A DNA stretch of 64,000 nt from positions 3,616,001 to 3,680,000 of the forward strand of contig CP166615.1 in the NCBI GenBank assembly GCA_041937175.2, in the 5' to 3' direction. How positions within the stretch are numbered: position 1 is the first letter of the stretch; every line of letters starts with the position of its first letter. Position numbers and translations under genes: made by a program. The notes beneath the pieces are model-generated. The model was not told the DNA's origin, did not search any database, and saw nothing but the letters and a program-made list of their open reading frames with translations. Shown piece by piece: positions 41,859 through 51,765 of the stretch. This DNA comes from Limnothrix sp. BL-A-16. GTDB lineage: Bacteria > Cyanobacteriota > Cyanobacteriia > CACIAM-69d.

Positions 41859-42050
41859 ATGTCTAGTCTCGACCGCGCTCGTGCCCTGATGACCCAACGT
41901 CACCATGCCGTTAAGCACCGTCATCAATCCCTGCTAGGCCGCGCTAGCGTCACCATGGGTCTGACCGCCGATGCGGCCAACCGCCTGACCCACATTCAAG
42001 GCAAGTTGGTTAGCGATAGCTATGATCGCAGCCCAGCCACCATGAGCTAG
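41859..42050 (+). CDS. gifA: Glutamine synthetase inactivating factor IF7
   Basis: ARALM..HH..K.R.QS.L.RA pattern; GGAGG RBS; upstream NtcA box. Confidence 0.8.
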   Translation: MSSLDRARALMTQRHHAVKHRHQSLLGRASVTMGLTADAANRLTHIQGKLVSDSYDRSPATMS

Positions 42051-42231
42051 GCAAACGTCACGGGGCCAGGCGATCGATCGAGCAATCGATTCAGTCGATT
42101 ACCTGATCGCCCAGTTGATCACCCAGTTGATCGCCCAGTCCTGGTGCAGACCCAACCCACCGGCCCCCTGCTCCACAACAGGGGCGACTGAGGGAACCAC
42201 CGGGTCAAGCACAAAATCAAACACAAAATCA

Positions 42232-42267
42232 GCAGCGGGGCCGGATGTTTAAATCTGGCCCCGCTGC
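42232..42267. terminator. Strong hairpin downstream of gifA
   Basis: GCAGCGGGGCC..GGCCCCGCTGC inverted repeat. Confidence 0.55.
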
Positions 42268-42707
42268 GCTTGGGGGCTTGGCTCCGAAACCAGCTTGACG
42301 GCGGTGTCCTTGGGTGATGATCGAAAGCGATCGATCAAATCAGCGAAATCGATTGGGCGGTCGCTGAGGCGTGTAGAATGCTCTATTGGGACGCTTGGCT
42401 TGGTATATCCAGCGATCGTTGGGATTGATTGAGATTGATTGTTTTCTCAATTAACCCCAAAATTCGGATGCCTAGTGGCGTGGTGTTGCGCTGTAGATCG
42501 CTTGCTCAAGCGGATTCTTCGGGTGATTTCACGCGGGCCATCTCGAAAACCTTGGACAGCGGGCTTGGGTTTAGTAACTGCCCGATCGGGTAGCCTGCTT
42601 GCCCCTTACGGTCGTGACCCCTCGCCGATCGCTGCCACGAGACTTGTCCCAGTCTTCTTCTAATATTCCTTGAGACCTTAGCAAGACTTTAGAGATTGAG
42701 GTTCACC

Positions 42708-43538
42708 ATGCGATACAAAGCTTTGATCGCCGCGCTTCTGGCCCTGTGCCTGAGTGTGCTAACGGCGGCCTGCGGCGATGCCTCAATGGCCAGCGATCGC
42801 CCCCTGACCTACGAAGAAATTCGGAACACCGGTTTGGCGAATAACTGCCCTGATGTCGATACCGTCACGCGCGGTTCGATCGCCCTTGAAGCAGGTAAAA
42901 ATTACAGCATTCAAGCCCTGTGCTTACAGCCCCTTAATTACTACGTAAAAGAAGAAGGCCTTAACAAGCGCAGAGAAGCGGAATTTGTGGAAGGCCGTTT
43001 GCTAACCCGCAAAACCAGCTCCCTCGACCAAATTCAAGGCTCCCTGGCCGTGAACAGCGATGGCTCGCTGACCTTCACCGAAGAAGATGGCTTTGACTTC
43101 CAGCCTTCAACCGTGCTGCTGCCCGGTGGCGAAGAAGTGCCCTTCCTGTTCACGATCAAGCAACTGGTGGCCACCAGCCAAGCCGGTCAAGCGGCCATCA
43201 CCTCTTCCACCGACTTGAAGGGTCAATTCCGCGTTCCCTCCTATCGTGGTTCCACCTTCCTGGATCCGAAGGGTCGTGGCTTGGCCAGCGGCTATGACAA
43301 TGCCGTGGCGCTGCCCGCTGATGCTGACAGTGATGAGCTGGTGAAAGAAAACGTCAAGAAATACGACATCGGCACGGGCAACATCTCGCTGCAAGTGTCG
43401 AAGGTGGACGCTGACACCAACGAAATTGCTGGCACTTTCGTTAGCTACCAACCCTCAGATACCGACATGGGTTCCAAGAAGCCGAGCGACATGAAGATTG
43501 TCGGTCGCTTCTATGCCCGTGTGGATAGCGATGCCTAG
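42708..43538 (+). CDS. psbO: Photosystem II manganese-stabilising protein
   Basis: LTYEEIRNTGLANNCP, GGEEVPFLFTIK, FLDPKGRG. Confidence 0.97.
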   Translation: MRYKALIAALLALCLSVLTAACGDASMASDRPLTYEEIRNTGLANNCPDVDTVTRGSIALEAGKNYSIQALCLQPLNYYVKEEGLNKRREAEFVEGRLLTRKTSSLDQIQGSLAVNSDGSLTFTEEDGFDFQPSTVLLPGGEEVPFLFTIKQLVATSQAGQAAITSSTDLKGQFRVPSYRGSTFLDPKGRGLASGYDNAVALPADADSDELVKENVKKYDIGTGNISLQVSKVDADTNEIAGTFVSYQPSDTDMGSKKPSDMKIVGRFYARVDSDA

Positions 43539-43669
43539 ACCATAACGAGAAACAAGGGGCAAGTGAACGGCAAGCGCTAGGCGGGGGAAATTGAATCCCC
43601 ATGACAACGCAGCCCTCACACCAAGCCCCCTAATTCTTTGCTTGGGAACTCTTTGCTCGGAAGCCATGC

Positions 43670-44650
43670 CTAATCGGCGTGGCTTCCTTGTTTTTGCACG
43701 TTGTTTTTGGTGGGAATGGCTCCACTGCTTGAGGTTCCTGAGTTTACTGAATTGACTGAAGCGGAAGCTGAGTTGGCTGAGTTTAGAGAGTGGGCTTCGG
43801 GGGCAAAAAAGGGCGTGTATTGCTGGTGTTCGACCCGGAAGACGTTGGCATAGAGGTTGGCGGCGATTTGCTTGCCGGTTTGGGTTAGCTCCAACAGGCC
43901 AAGAGCTGGCTCAATGTACCGGTAAACCACATTCCAATAGAAGCTGGGGTATTTAGCGCGCAAATCATCGGGGCTGTGGTAGCCCAACTGCTGATTGGTG
44001 CCAATTTCCTCAAATTCGTAATAGAGGGCGGGAATTTTTTGTAAATAGCGCGGGTCGGATAGCTGACCGATCAAGTCAGCGGCTCGCACCAGGCCGGGAT
44101 AGCCCACGGTGTCGGCGTGGTCGTTGTCTTGGGGAACGGGGAAGCGGGTGAGTTCAATGTTGTCTTGCACGGCCTGGGTGTCGATGAGGCGGTGCTTTTT
44201 GAAGCGGTCTTTGATGAAGCGTTTGCCCCGATCGACGTGGTAAGGGGCCATGCTGGCATCGGTGGCTCCGGTGGGGAGGGCGATGGTTTCGTCATCAATG
44301 CCGGTGGCGTAAATCCGCTGCTGGGGGCGATCGCGGTGACAAACGCCGCGAACGTAGCCAATGTCGTGACACAGCAGCGAGACATGAAAGAGCAGCCAAT
44401 CTTCGCAGGTCACGCCGCCTTGGCGAATATGCTTGCCTTTCAGGATTTCTTGGCCCACCAGGGTGACGTACATGGTGTGCTCAACGTTGTGGTAGAGCGC
44501 GTCACTGTTGGCGATGTTTTCTAGGGCCATGTTGGCAACCCACCCGAGAATTTCCGCATAGTCCGGTTTCATACCGCCGTAGGTTTGGCGGTAGCCGTCT
44601 GCTAGTTCTCGGGTGAGTTCGTCCACGATCGACTTTGTGGGGTTGAGCAC
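43670..44650 (-). CDS. HD-domain metal-dependent phosphohydrolase
   Basis: YHNVEHT, CHDIG, HVDRG, RAADLIGQL. Confidence 0.88.
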   Translation of the reverse strand: MLNPTKSIVDELTRELADGYRQTYGGMKPDYAEILGWVANMALENIANSDALYHNVEHTMYVTLVGQEILKGKHIRQGGVTCEDWLLFHVSLLCHDIGYVRGVCHRDRPQQRIYATGIDDETIALPTGATDASMAPYHVDRGKRFIKDRFKKHRLIDTQAVQDNIELTRFPVPQDNDHADTVGYPGLVRAADLIGQLSDPRYLQKIPALYYEFEEIGTNQQLGYHSPDDLRAKYPSFYWNVVYRYIEPALGLLELTQTGKQIAANLYANVFRVEHQQYTPFFAPEAHSLNSANSASASVNSVNSGTSSSGAIPTKNNVQKQGSHAD

Positions 44651-44964
44651 GATCGCTACCTCCGCATGAGTCGGCTGAATTGAGAGGGCAAGGCACTCAA
44701 GGGGTTCAAGGCAGTGGTTAAGAAATTGACTGGCGCGAAATCAATTGGTGCGAAATCAATTAGCGCAAAATCAACCTGCATGATGTTTCTATCCTAGCGA
44801 GTGGCCAGCGGGATACGGTGACAGGGGCTGGGATGGGTGGTGATGATGGTGGGGGCCCGGGGCGATCGTATCTTGGTTGTTGCTGCGATCGAACTCGCGA
44901 TCGTTGGTGACCCATACCCCACGTCTGAATTTACACATCCGCTCAACTCCCCCCGCATCTCCCT

Positions 44965-46644
44965 ATGGCGATCGATGAGTTTTCTAGCTCCATGCCTCAT
45001 CAGCCTTCATCTTTCCCATCGCAGCCCGATCGGGATCAGTTTGCCCAGGCGGCGATCGCCCAAATCCCCAAAATTTTGACCCTGTGCGATCGCAACCCCC
45101 ATAGCCCCACCTATGGTTGCTTCGATCGCAACTACTGGCAATACAAAATCGTTGACTTTCCCAGCGGCATGAGCCAGGAATTTGTGCTGCCTCTGGCGCT
45201 GGTTTGGGCCTTGCCTTTACCGAATAATCCTTTTTATCAGCAACCTAACCTCCGGCGCTGGGTTGAAGCAGGCATTCGCTACGGGGCCCAAAGCTCTCAT
45301 CCAGATGGCTCCTGTGATGATTATTTTCCCTTTGAGCGGGCTGGGGGGGCGGCGGCCTTTTCTTTGCTGGCCTGCATTGATGCCTGTGAGCTGATTGGGC
45401 TGGACGATCCGCAAGTTTGGCAATTTTTGAGTCGGCGGGCCGATTGGTTGGCCCATCACCAAGAAAGCGGCCGACTCACCAACCACCAAGCCTTGATTGT
45501 GCTGTGTTTGGAGTTGCTGGGGCAACGGCTCCAGACCGATCGATGGCAACGGGCCAAGGTCGATCGCCTCAATCAGGTGTTGTCTTGGCAAAGTACCGAG
45601 GGCTGGTTTCAAGAATATGAAGGGTGCGATCCGGGCTACCACACCCTCACCATTTCCTGTTTGGCGCGGTTGCTGACTTTACAAGGCGACAAGGCTGATC
45701 CAAGGTTGCAACCCGCCTTAGCCCAAGCGGTGGAATTGGTGCAATGGTTTGTGCATCCCGATGGCTCTTTCGGGGGGGAATATACGAGCCGAAATACCTA
45801 TAATTTCTTTCCCCATGGCTTTGAATTGGTGGGGCAGTGGATGCCTTCGGCTCTGGCAATTAATGACCAAATCTTGCAAGGACTCGCACGGGGATTAGGA
45901 GCCTGTTATGCGGATGACCATATTGTGGGTCATCACACTTGGAATTATTTGTTAGCTTGGCGAGATTTTGTGCCCGATCGCCCGCCTATTCCAGATCCCA
46001 AGCCCCTGCGAGTTTGGCTACCGGAAGCCAGAATTTTGATCGATCGTCGCCAAAACCATGAAGGACACTGGCTGACCTTACTGTTGGCGTTGAACAAAGG
46101 CGGCACTTTCAAAATTTTCCGAAACCAAGAATTATTGGCATCCGATACCCAATTTTCACTGCAAGTTCAGCAGGGCAAAAAACTGAAGAATGCCGTAGGT
46201 CACCTAGTGGATCAATATGATCTGCAAGTGGAACCCGATCGCATTGGCATTTGTGGACAACTGGGCTGGGCAAAACAAACCCTGATGACCCCTAGCAAGT
46301 TAATGATTTTGCGGTTGGTGATGTTGAGCGTGGGGCGCTTTTTTCCGAACCTCATTCGGCGCATTTTGCAGCAGATTTTGATCGTGGGCAAGCGATCGAC
46401 CCCCTATCGCTTCATTCGTCGTTTGGAATGGGTGGAGCAAGGCTGGCGGGTGCAAGATGAGTTGGTCGCTCCCGATTGGCAACCCGTGCAGGAGGTGCAG
46501 ATCGGCACCGATCAAACTTCGATTTATGTGGTGATGAGCCGCACTTACCAAGCAGGTCAGCTCCAAAAAAGCTGGAATTTGACAGCTCAGGTTCAGCATC
46601 TCCAGCCCGGTGAACCCCTGAAGGTCGATCGCCTGTTTTCCTAA
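44965..46644 (+). CDS. Hypothetical protein, probable alpha/alpha-toroid (heparinase/lyase-like)
   Basis: QSTEGWFQEYEGCDPGYHT, HPDGSFGGEYTSRNT; fold is inferred. Confidence 0.7.
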   Translation: MAIDEFSSSMPHQPSSFPSQPDRDQFAQAAIAQIPKILTLCDRNPHSPTYGCFDRNYWQYKIVDFPSGMSQEFVLPLALVWALPLPNNPFYQQPNLRRWVEAGIRYGAQSSHPDGSCDDYFPFERAGGAAAFSLLACIDACELIGLDDPQVWQFLSRRADWLAHHQESGRLTNHQALIVLCLELLGQRLQTDRWQRAKVDRLNQVLSWQSTEGWFQEYEGCDPGYHTLTISCLARLLTLQGDKADPRLQPALAQAVELVQWFVHPDGSFGGEYTSRNTYNFFPHGFELVGQWMPSALAINDQILQGLARGLGACYADDHIVGHHTWNYLLAWRDFVPDRPPIPDPKPLRVWLPEARILIDRRQNHEGHWLTLLLALNKGGTFKIFRNQELLASDTQFSLQVQQGKKLKNAVGHLVDQYDLQVEPDRIGICGQLGWAKQTLMTPSKLMILRLVMLSVGRFFPNLIRRILQQILIVGKRSTPYRFIRRLEWVEQGWRVQDELVAPDWQPVQEVQIGTDQTSIYVVMSRTYQAGQLQKSWNLTAQVQHLQPGEPLKVDRLFS

Positions 46645-46688
46645 AGCCGCCCATCTATCCCTATCATCCTCCCCGCCTGAGACTTGCT

Positions 46689-47750
46689 ATGAAGCGTTGG
46701 GTTTCAATTGCCGTTAGCTTGCTGATTTTGATTGTGATTTACACCCGCATTGACTTTGCTGGGTTGGTGCAGGTGTTTCAGCAATGCGATCCGGTATGGA
46801 TGGCCATCAGCTTAGGAATGGTTGTGCCCTTAACCTTGCTGACCTCCTGGCGGCTGCAACAGTTAATGCCTCGGGGAATGCCCAAAAGCGGGATGCCGCT
46901 AGCCAACCCAGACAGTCGAGAGGATTCAGGATTTGCGAGATCCTCCGCGATCGATCCGGCGGCGGCTTCCGCTGCAACCTTGAGCTTTGGAGAAGCCAAT
47001 CGGCTGATTTTGGCGGCCAGTGTGTTGAATATGGTGCTGCCGTCCAAGATGGGCGACCTGGCCAAGTCCTATTTCATGCGCGATCGAGGCCATTTAGAGG
47101 GTTCCCTGGCCTTTTCGTTGGTGGTGTTTGAAAAGGCTTGCGATATGTTGTCGTTGCTGGTGTGGTGCGGGTTTGGCCTGCTGCTCTATCCCAGCAAGGA
47201 TCCGCTGTTTTGGATCATGACGTTGGCCACGATCGGGGGATTCGTGTCCGGGGTGGCGCTGTTGAGTTGGCCCGCCTTTGCCCGATCGGTCTTTGCCGCC
47301 GGTCAGCGAATCGCCCCCGGCAAGATGCGCCGCAAGCTCGATCGGCTCAGCGACTCCTGGCAACTGATGCATGACTACTTTTGGAGCGATCGCCGCCAAC
47401 TCGCGATCGTCACCCTCACCTCGATCGTGATTTGGTTTCTGCATCTTTTGCAAATCTGGTTTTTCATCTTGGCCCTGCGTGCCTTCGCGCCTTTCCTGGC
47501 TAACTTAGCCCTCTCACCGCTGGCCATTCTGGCTGGTCTGTTGCCCTTAACCTTCGCGGGCGTAGGCACTCGGGATGCGGCCCTCATTTTGTTTTACCAA
47601 CCCTACTTCGCCGCCCCGATCGGGGCCGCCCTTGGGCTGTTGTGTACCTCCCGCTACCTGCTCCCCGCGATCGGAGGGCTACCGTTTTTGGGGCAATACC
47701 TACTTCAGCTCAAACGCTGGCAGCAGCCCCCAGCCGGCCCAGACCAATAA
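46689..47750 (+). CDS. Lysylphosphatidylglycerol synthase TM / flippase-like membrane protein
   Basis: NMVLPSKMGD, EKACD, LPLTFAGVGTRD. Confidence 0.85.
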   Translation: MKRWVSIAVSLLILIVIYTRIDFAGLVQVFQQCDPVWMAISLGMVVPLTLLTSWRLQQLMPRGMPKSGMPLANPDSREDSGFARSSAIDPAAASAATLSFGEANRLILAASVLNMVLPSKMGDLAKSYFMRDRGHLEGSLAFSLVVFEKACDMLSLLVWCGFGLLLYPSKDPLFWIMTLATIGGFVSGVALLSWPAFARSVFAAGQRIAPGKMRRKLDRLSDSWQLMHDYFWSDRRQLAIVTLTSIVIWFLHLLQIWFFILALRAFAPFLANLALSPLAILAGLLPLTFAGVGTRDAALILFYQPYFAAPIGAALGLLCTSRYLLPAIGGLPFLGQYLLQLKRWQQPPAGPDQ

Positions 47751-48616
47751 AACCCGCCCCGTTCGTCAGATGTGCCGCACACCCACTTGCAACCCCATCT
47801 TTGCAACCCCCGCCGCCAGTGAATTAGCCAACAAAGCGAATCTCGCATAGGAGCCATGCAAAGTGCGCGAAACCAACCGTCAGAGGATGCCAACAGCCAC
47901 AACCGAGATCCATCAGGCCTTTGCGCGAATTGACCTTGCCCCTTGACCGATTCGCCAGCTCTAACGGGGTCATTTCACAGCCAGGAGCCAACATCGATTT
48001 TTGTTAAAGGTTTTGACCTTTTTTAAAGGAAACATTAAGGATTTCTGACGAAATTCTAGACAATTACCGTTTTTGATCGGGGCAATTTCAGTCTCTTATT
48101 CGCCAGACTAAGTTTTTATACCTAACCTTTGCAAAAAAGCACAAAACTCAGTAAATCCCCACACCACAAAACCCTGAGTTCCCAACAGCCCAGAAATCCA
48201 CCTTCATCACCCTCAGGCTTTAACAACACGGGAGTTTCCTTAATCCTTCGTTGCTCATGCCGAACATCCCTGAAGAAACTTAACAACTTGTAATGACCAA
48301 ACCCCTTTTTGCGTTGTATAAAGAAATAGCCGAGAGGTGTTTAACAAGCAAACGTTAGTCAACGCGCTACTGCTAGGGATTTTTTTCGGTTCTCATAAAA
48401 CTTGAAAAGTCTCTCAGATTTTGAGCCATGACTGCGGTTAATTTAACCGGCAGATTTGCCATGGCTACCCATTGAGATCCCCAATTTAAGCAAAGCGTTG
48501 CTGAACTAAGACGGAGCTGAAAAACCTTCTCGCACTGCGCTAGCAGGTGAAGGCAGCGAACTGAGTTGTCTACAGCGCAAAACCACAACCAACCTCGACA
48601 AACACCTATTCCTTAG

Positions 48617-49147
<531 letters not shown>

Positions 49148-49213
49148 TCGAAGCTGCCGTGAAGTCACTTAGAATTTCAATTTTCTTTTGACTTCAATCT
49201 CGTCTCGATTTAT

Positions 49214-49406
49214 CGGAAAACAGGGTTTAAAGCCCCGCCCTTTAGGGCGTTTTAGTCGATGGATGGCCGCTAGGCTAGCGGTTTCAGTCTGCGAAGCAGC
49301 CACAAGGCCCAAGAACCTTTCGAGGTGGAGTCGGGTGCTGTGACGTAGAAACCCAAATCGTGAGGTTTGGGAATCCCCGTTCGCTTGCGGCGGGTGAAGA
49401 TGTCAA
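49214..49406 (+). mobile_element. Non-autonomous IS200/IS605-family element in the cpcB-cpcA spacer
   Basis: TTTAT then CGGAAAACAGGGTTTAAAGCCCCGCCCTTTAGGGCG left-end hairpin; right end GAATCCCCG..CGGG..ATGTCAA. Confidence 0.75.
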
Positions 49407-49440
49407 CAACGCTAACTTTAGAGACACCTAACACGGGACT

Positions 49441-49929
49441 ATGAAGACTCCGATCACCGAAGCTATCGCAGCTGCTGATTCGCAAGGTCGTTTCCTGAGC
49501 AACGCTGAACTGCAATCGGCTCGCGGTCGCTTCGAGCGCGCTCAAGCCAGCATGGAAGCTGCTCGCGCCCTGACCACCAAGGCTGACAGCCTGGTGAGCG
49601 CTGCTGTGCAAGCTGTGTACGGCAAGTTCCCCTACACGACCCAAATGAACGGCGCTAACTACGCCTCGACCCAAACCGGCAAGGACAAGTGCGCTCGTGA
49701 CGTGGGCTACTACCTGCGCATGATCACCTACTGCTTGGTTGCTGGTGGCACCGGCCCCATGGATGACTACCTCATCGCTGGTTTGGCTGAAATCAACAGC
49801 ACCTTCGAACTGTCCCCCAGCTGGTACGTTGAAGCTCTCAAGAGCATCAAGGCTAACCACGGTCTGAGCGGTCAAGCTGCTAACGAAGCAAACACCTACA
49901 TCGACTACGCTATCCAAGCCCTAAGCTAG
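49441..49929 (+). CDS. cpcA: C-phycocyanin alpha subunit
   Basis: [32 protein letters not shown]. Confidence 0.98.
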   Translation: MKTPITEAIAAADSQGRFLSNAELQSARGRFERAQASMEAARALTTKADSLVSAAVQAVYGKFPYTTQMNGANYASTQTGKDKCARDVGYYLRMITYCLVAGGTGPMDDYLIAGLAEINSTFELSPSWYVEALKSIKANHGLSGQAANEANTYIDYAIQALS

Positions 49930-49938
49930 TTGATGCAA

Positions 49939-50029
49939 TCCCGGAAGAGTGTCCGAGCCGGTTGTGGCTGGTTTGCCCAGCAACGGTAACCTGGTTCAAT
50001 TGGTTGGCTCCTCTTCCGGGAGCTTTTTT
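49939..50029 (+). terminator. Long hairpin/attenuator after cpcA
   Basis: TCCCGGAAGAG..CTCTTCCGGGA followed by a T-run. Confidence 0.7.
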
Positions 50030-50067
50030 GTAAGCCGTGCTTGCTGTGATTTTTGGGAGATTTGTTC

Positions 50068-50934
50068 ATGGCCGTTACTGTTGCTGCTTCGCGCCTGGGG
50101 ACGGCAGCTTATGCAGATGCTGCACCCGTTGAGCTGCGGGCCTATGCTTCGGCAGATGATGTTGAACTGGTGATCCGGGCGGTTTACCGTCAGGTACTGG
50201 GCAACGATTATGTGATGCAATCCCAGCGATTGGTTAGCTCTGAGTCGCTGCTGCGCAATCGTTCGATCACGGTGCAGGAATTTGTCCGCTCCGTGGCGAA
50301 GTCCGATCTATACAAAGAGAAGTTTTTGTATAACAACTTCCAAACTCGGACGATCGAGTTGAATCTGAAGCATCTGTTGGGTCGTGCGCCCTACGATGAG
50401 TCGGAAGTGATTGAACACCTCGATCGCTACCAAAACGAAGGCTTTGATGCTGATATCGATTCCTACATCGATTCCGCAGAATATCAAAACGCTTTTGGCG
50501 AAAATATTGTTCCCTACTACCGCGGTTTCGCGACCCAAACGGGTCAGAAGACCGTGGGCTTTACGCGTATGTTCCACCTGTACCGGGGCTATGCCAATAG
50601 CGATCGGGCACAGATTGAAGGAATCAGCCCGCGTCTAGCCACGGAGTTGGGACGCAATTCCGCTTCGGCCATTGTGGGCCCCTCGGGCAGCAACATTGGT
50701 TGGGCCTTCCGTAATTCGCAAGACCTGGGCCAAGGCAGCCTCACCCCCACCTCTTTTGGCCAAAGCCAAAGCGATCGCCTGTATCGCGTGGAAGCAACGG
50801 GCCTGTTGGGCGCTGGCTATCCGGCCGTGCGTCGCAGCAGCCGCACCTTCACGGTTCCCTACTCGCGGTTGTCGGATCAAATGCAAAAGATCCAACGCCA
50901 AGGCGGCAAAATCGCCAGCGTTACCCCTGTTTAG
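50068..50934 (+). CDS. cpcC: Phycocyanin rod linker
   Basis: [32 protein letters not shown], CpcD-like C-terminus. Confidence 0.96.
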   Translation: MAVTVAASRLGTAAYADAAPVELRAYASADDVELVIRAVYRQVLGNDYVMQSQRLVSSESLLRNRSITVQEFVRSVAKSDLYKEKFLYNNFQTRTIELNLKHLLGRAPYDESEVIEHLDRYQNEGFDADIDSYIDSAEYQNAFGENIVPYYRGFATQTGQKTVGFTRMFHLYRGYANSDRAQIEGISPRLATELGRNSASAIVGPSGSNIGWAFRNSQDLGQGSLTPTSFGQSQSDRLYRVEATGLLGAGYPAVRRSSRTFTVPYSRLSDQMQKIQRQGGKIASVTPV

Positions 50935-51285
50935 GGTCTTGGCTTGAAATAAATGGAATGATGACTCAGCCCCATTGGAAGGTTGTGTTGCTTGGTCGCC
51001 CTGCCCTGTACCCAGCTCGATCGGCTTGGATTGTCGGATGGCAACGGCTGCTGACTGGGCTGATGCAGCACAGCGGTGACATGCCGCAACAGGGCCAAAC
51101 CATGAATGGCTGGGACTTGTTTGCTTGCTCCTGTTTGCTTGTAGTGGTTGCGATTGACGAGGTGCAATGATCATGATTCATTCATGCGTTGTACCTCGTT
51201 TTCTATCGTCTTGAGAAAGACAGTATTCCACAGTTAAACTGCGACATTTAACTGCGAAGTTTTTTAACAGTTTGAGGGAGAGTTT

Positions 51286-51540
51286 ATGCTCGGTCAAGCG
51301 CTTGCGGGTTCGTCGGCCAACACCACTGCTGGGGCCCGTGTGTTCCGTTATGAAGTGACGGGTTTGGCTCAAAATGACCAAACCGATCGCCAGTCCTATT
51401 CTGTGCGCAATAGCGGCAGTATCTTCATTAACGTGCCCTATAGCCGCATGAACCAAGAAATGCAACGGATTCTGCGGTTGGGCGGCAAAATCGTCAACAT
51501 CACTCCTGTGGTTGTGGGCGACGAAGGCGCGGCTGAATAG
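51286..51540 (+). CDS. cpcD: Phycocyanin rod-capping linker
   Basis: RVFRYEVTGL..VPYSRMNQEMQRILRLGGKIV. Confidence 0.96.
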   Translation: MLGQALAGSSANTTAGARVFRYEVTGLAQNDQTDRQSYSVRNSGSIFINVPYSRMNQEMQRILRLGGKIVNITPVVVGDEGAAE

Positions 51541-51703
51541 TTACGGTTCTATCCCCAGATTCTCGGATCGATTCTTGAATCTGTAGGGGTTGGTTCCGGT
51601 GGGCATTAGCCCATGGATCAGGTTCCGTGACTTGCTTGCCAGTTTCATGCCTCTTCGGCATTCCTTTCAATCGCGAAGATCCATCACTACGATCCGTCTC
51701 GTA

Positions 51704-51746
51704 AGCGGGAGTCCAGCTTCAAAATCCGAAGTGGCTCCCGCTTTTT
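51704..51746. terminator. Terminator between the cpc operon and the convergent peptidase
   Basis: AAGCGGGAG..CTCCCGCTTTTT. Confidence 0.7.
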
Positions 51747-51765
51747 GCATAACAAACCGCATTCC

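Noticed and set aside
50958..51170. 70-aa ORF between cpcC and cpcD
   Set aside because: No linker motifs and unconvincing composition.
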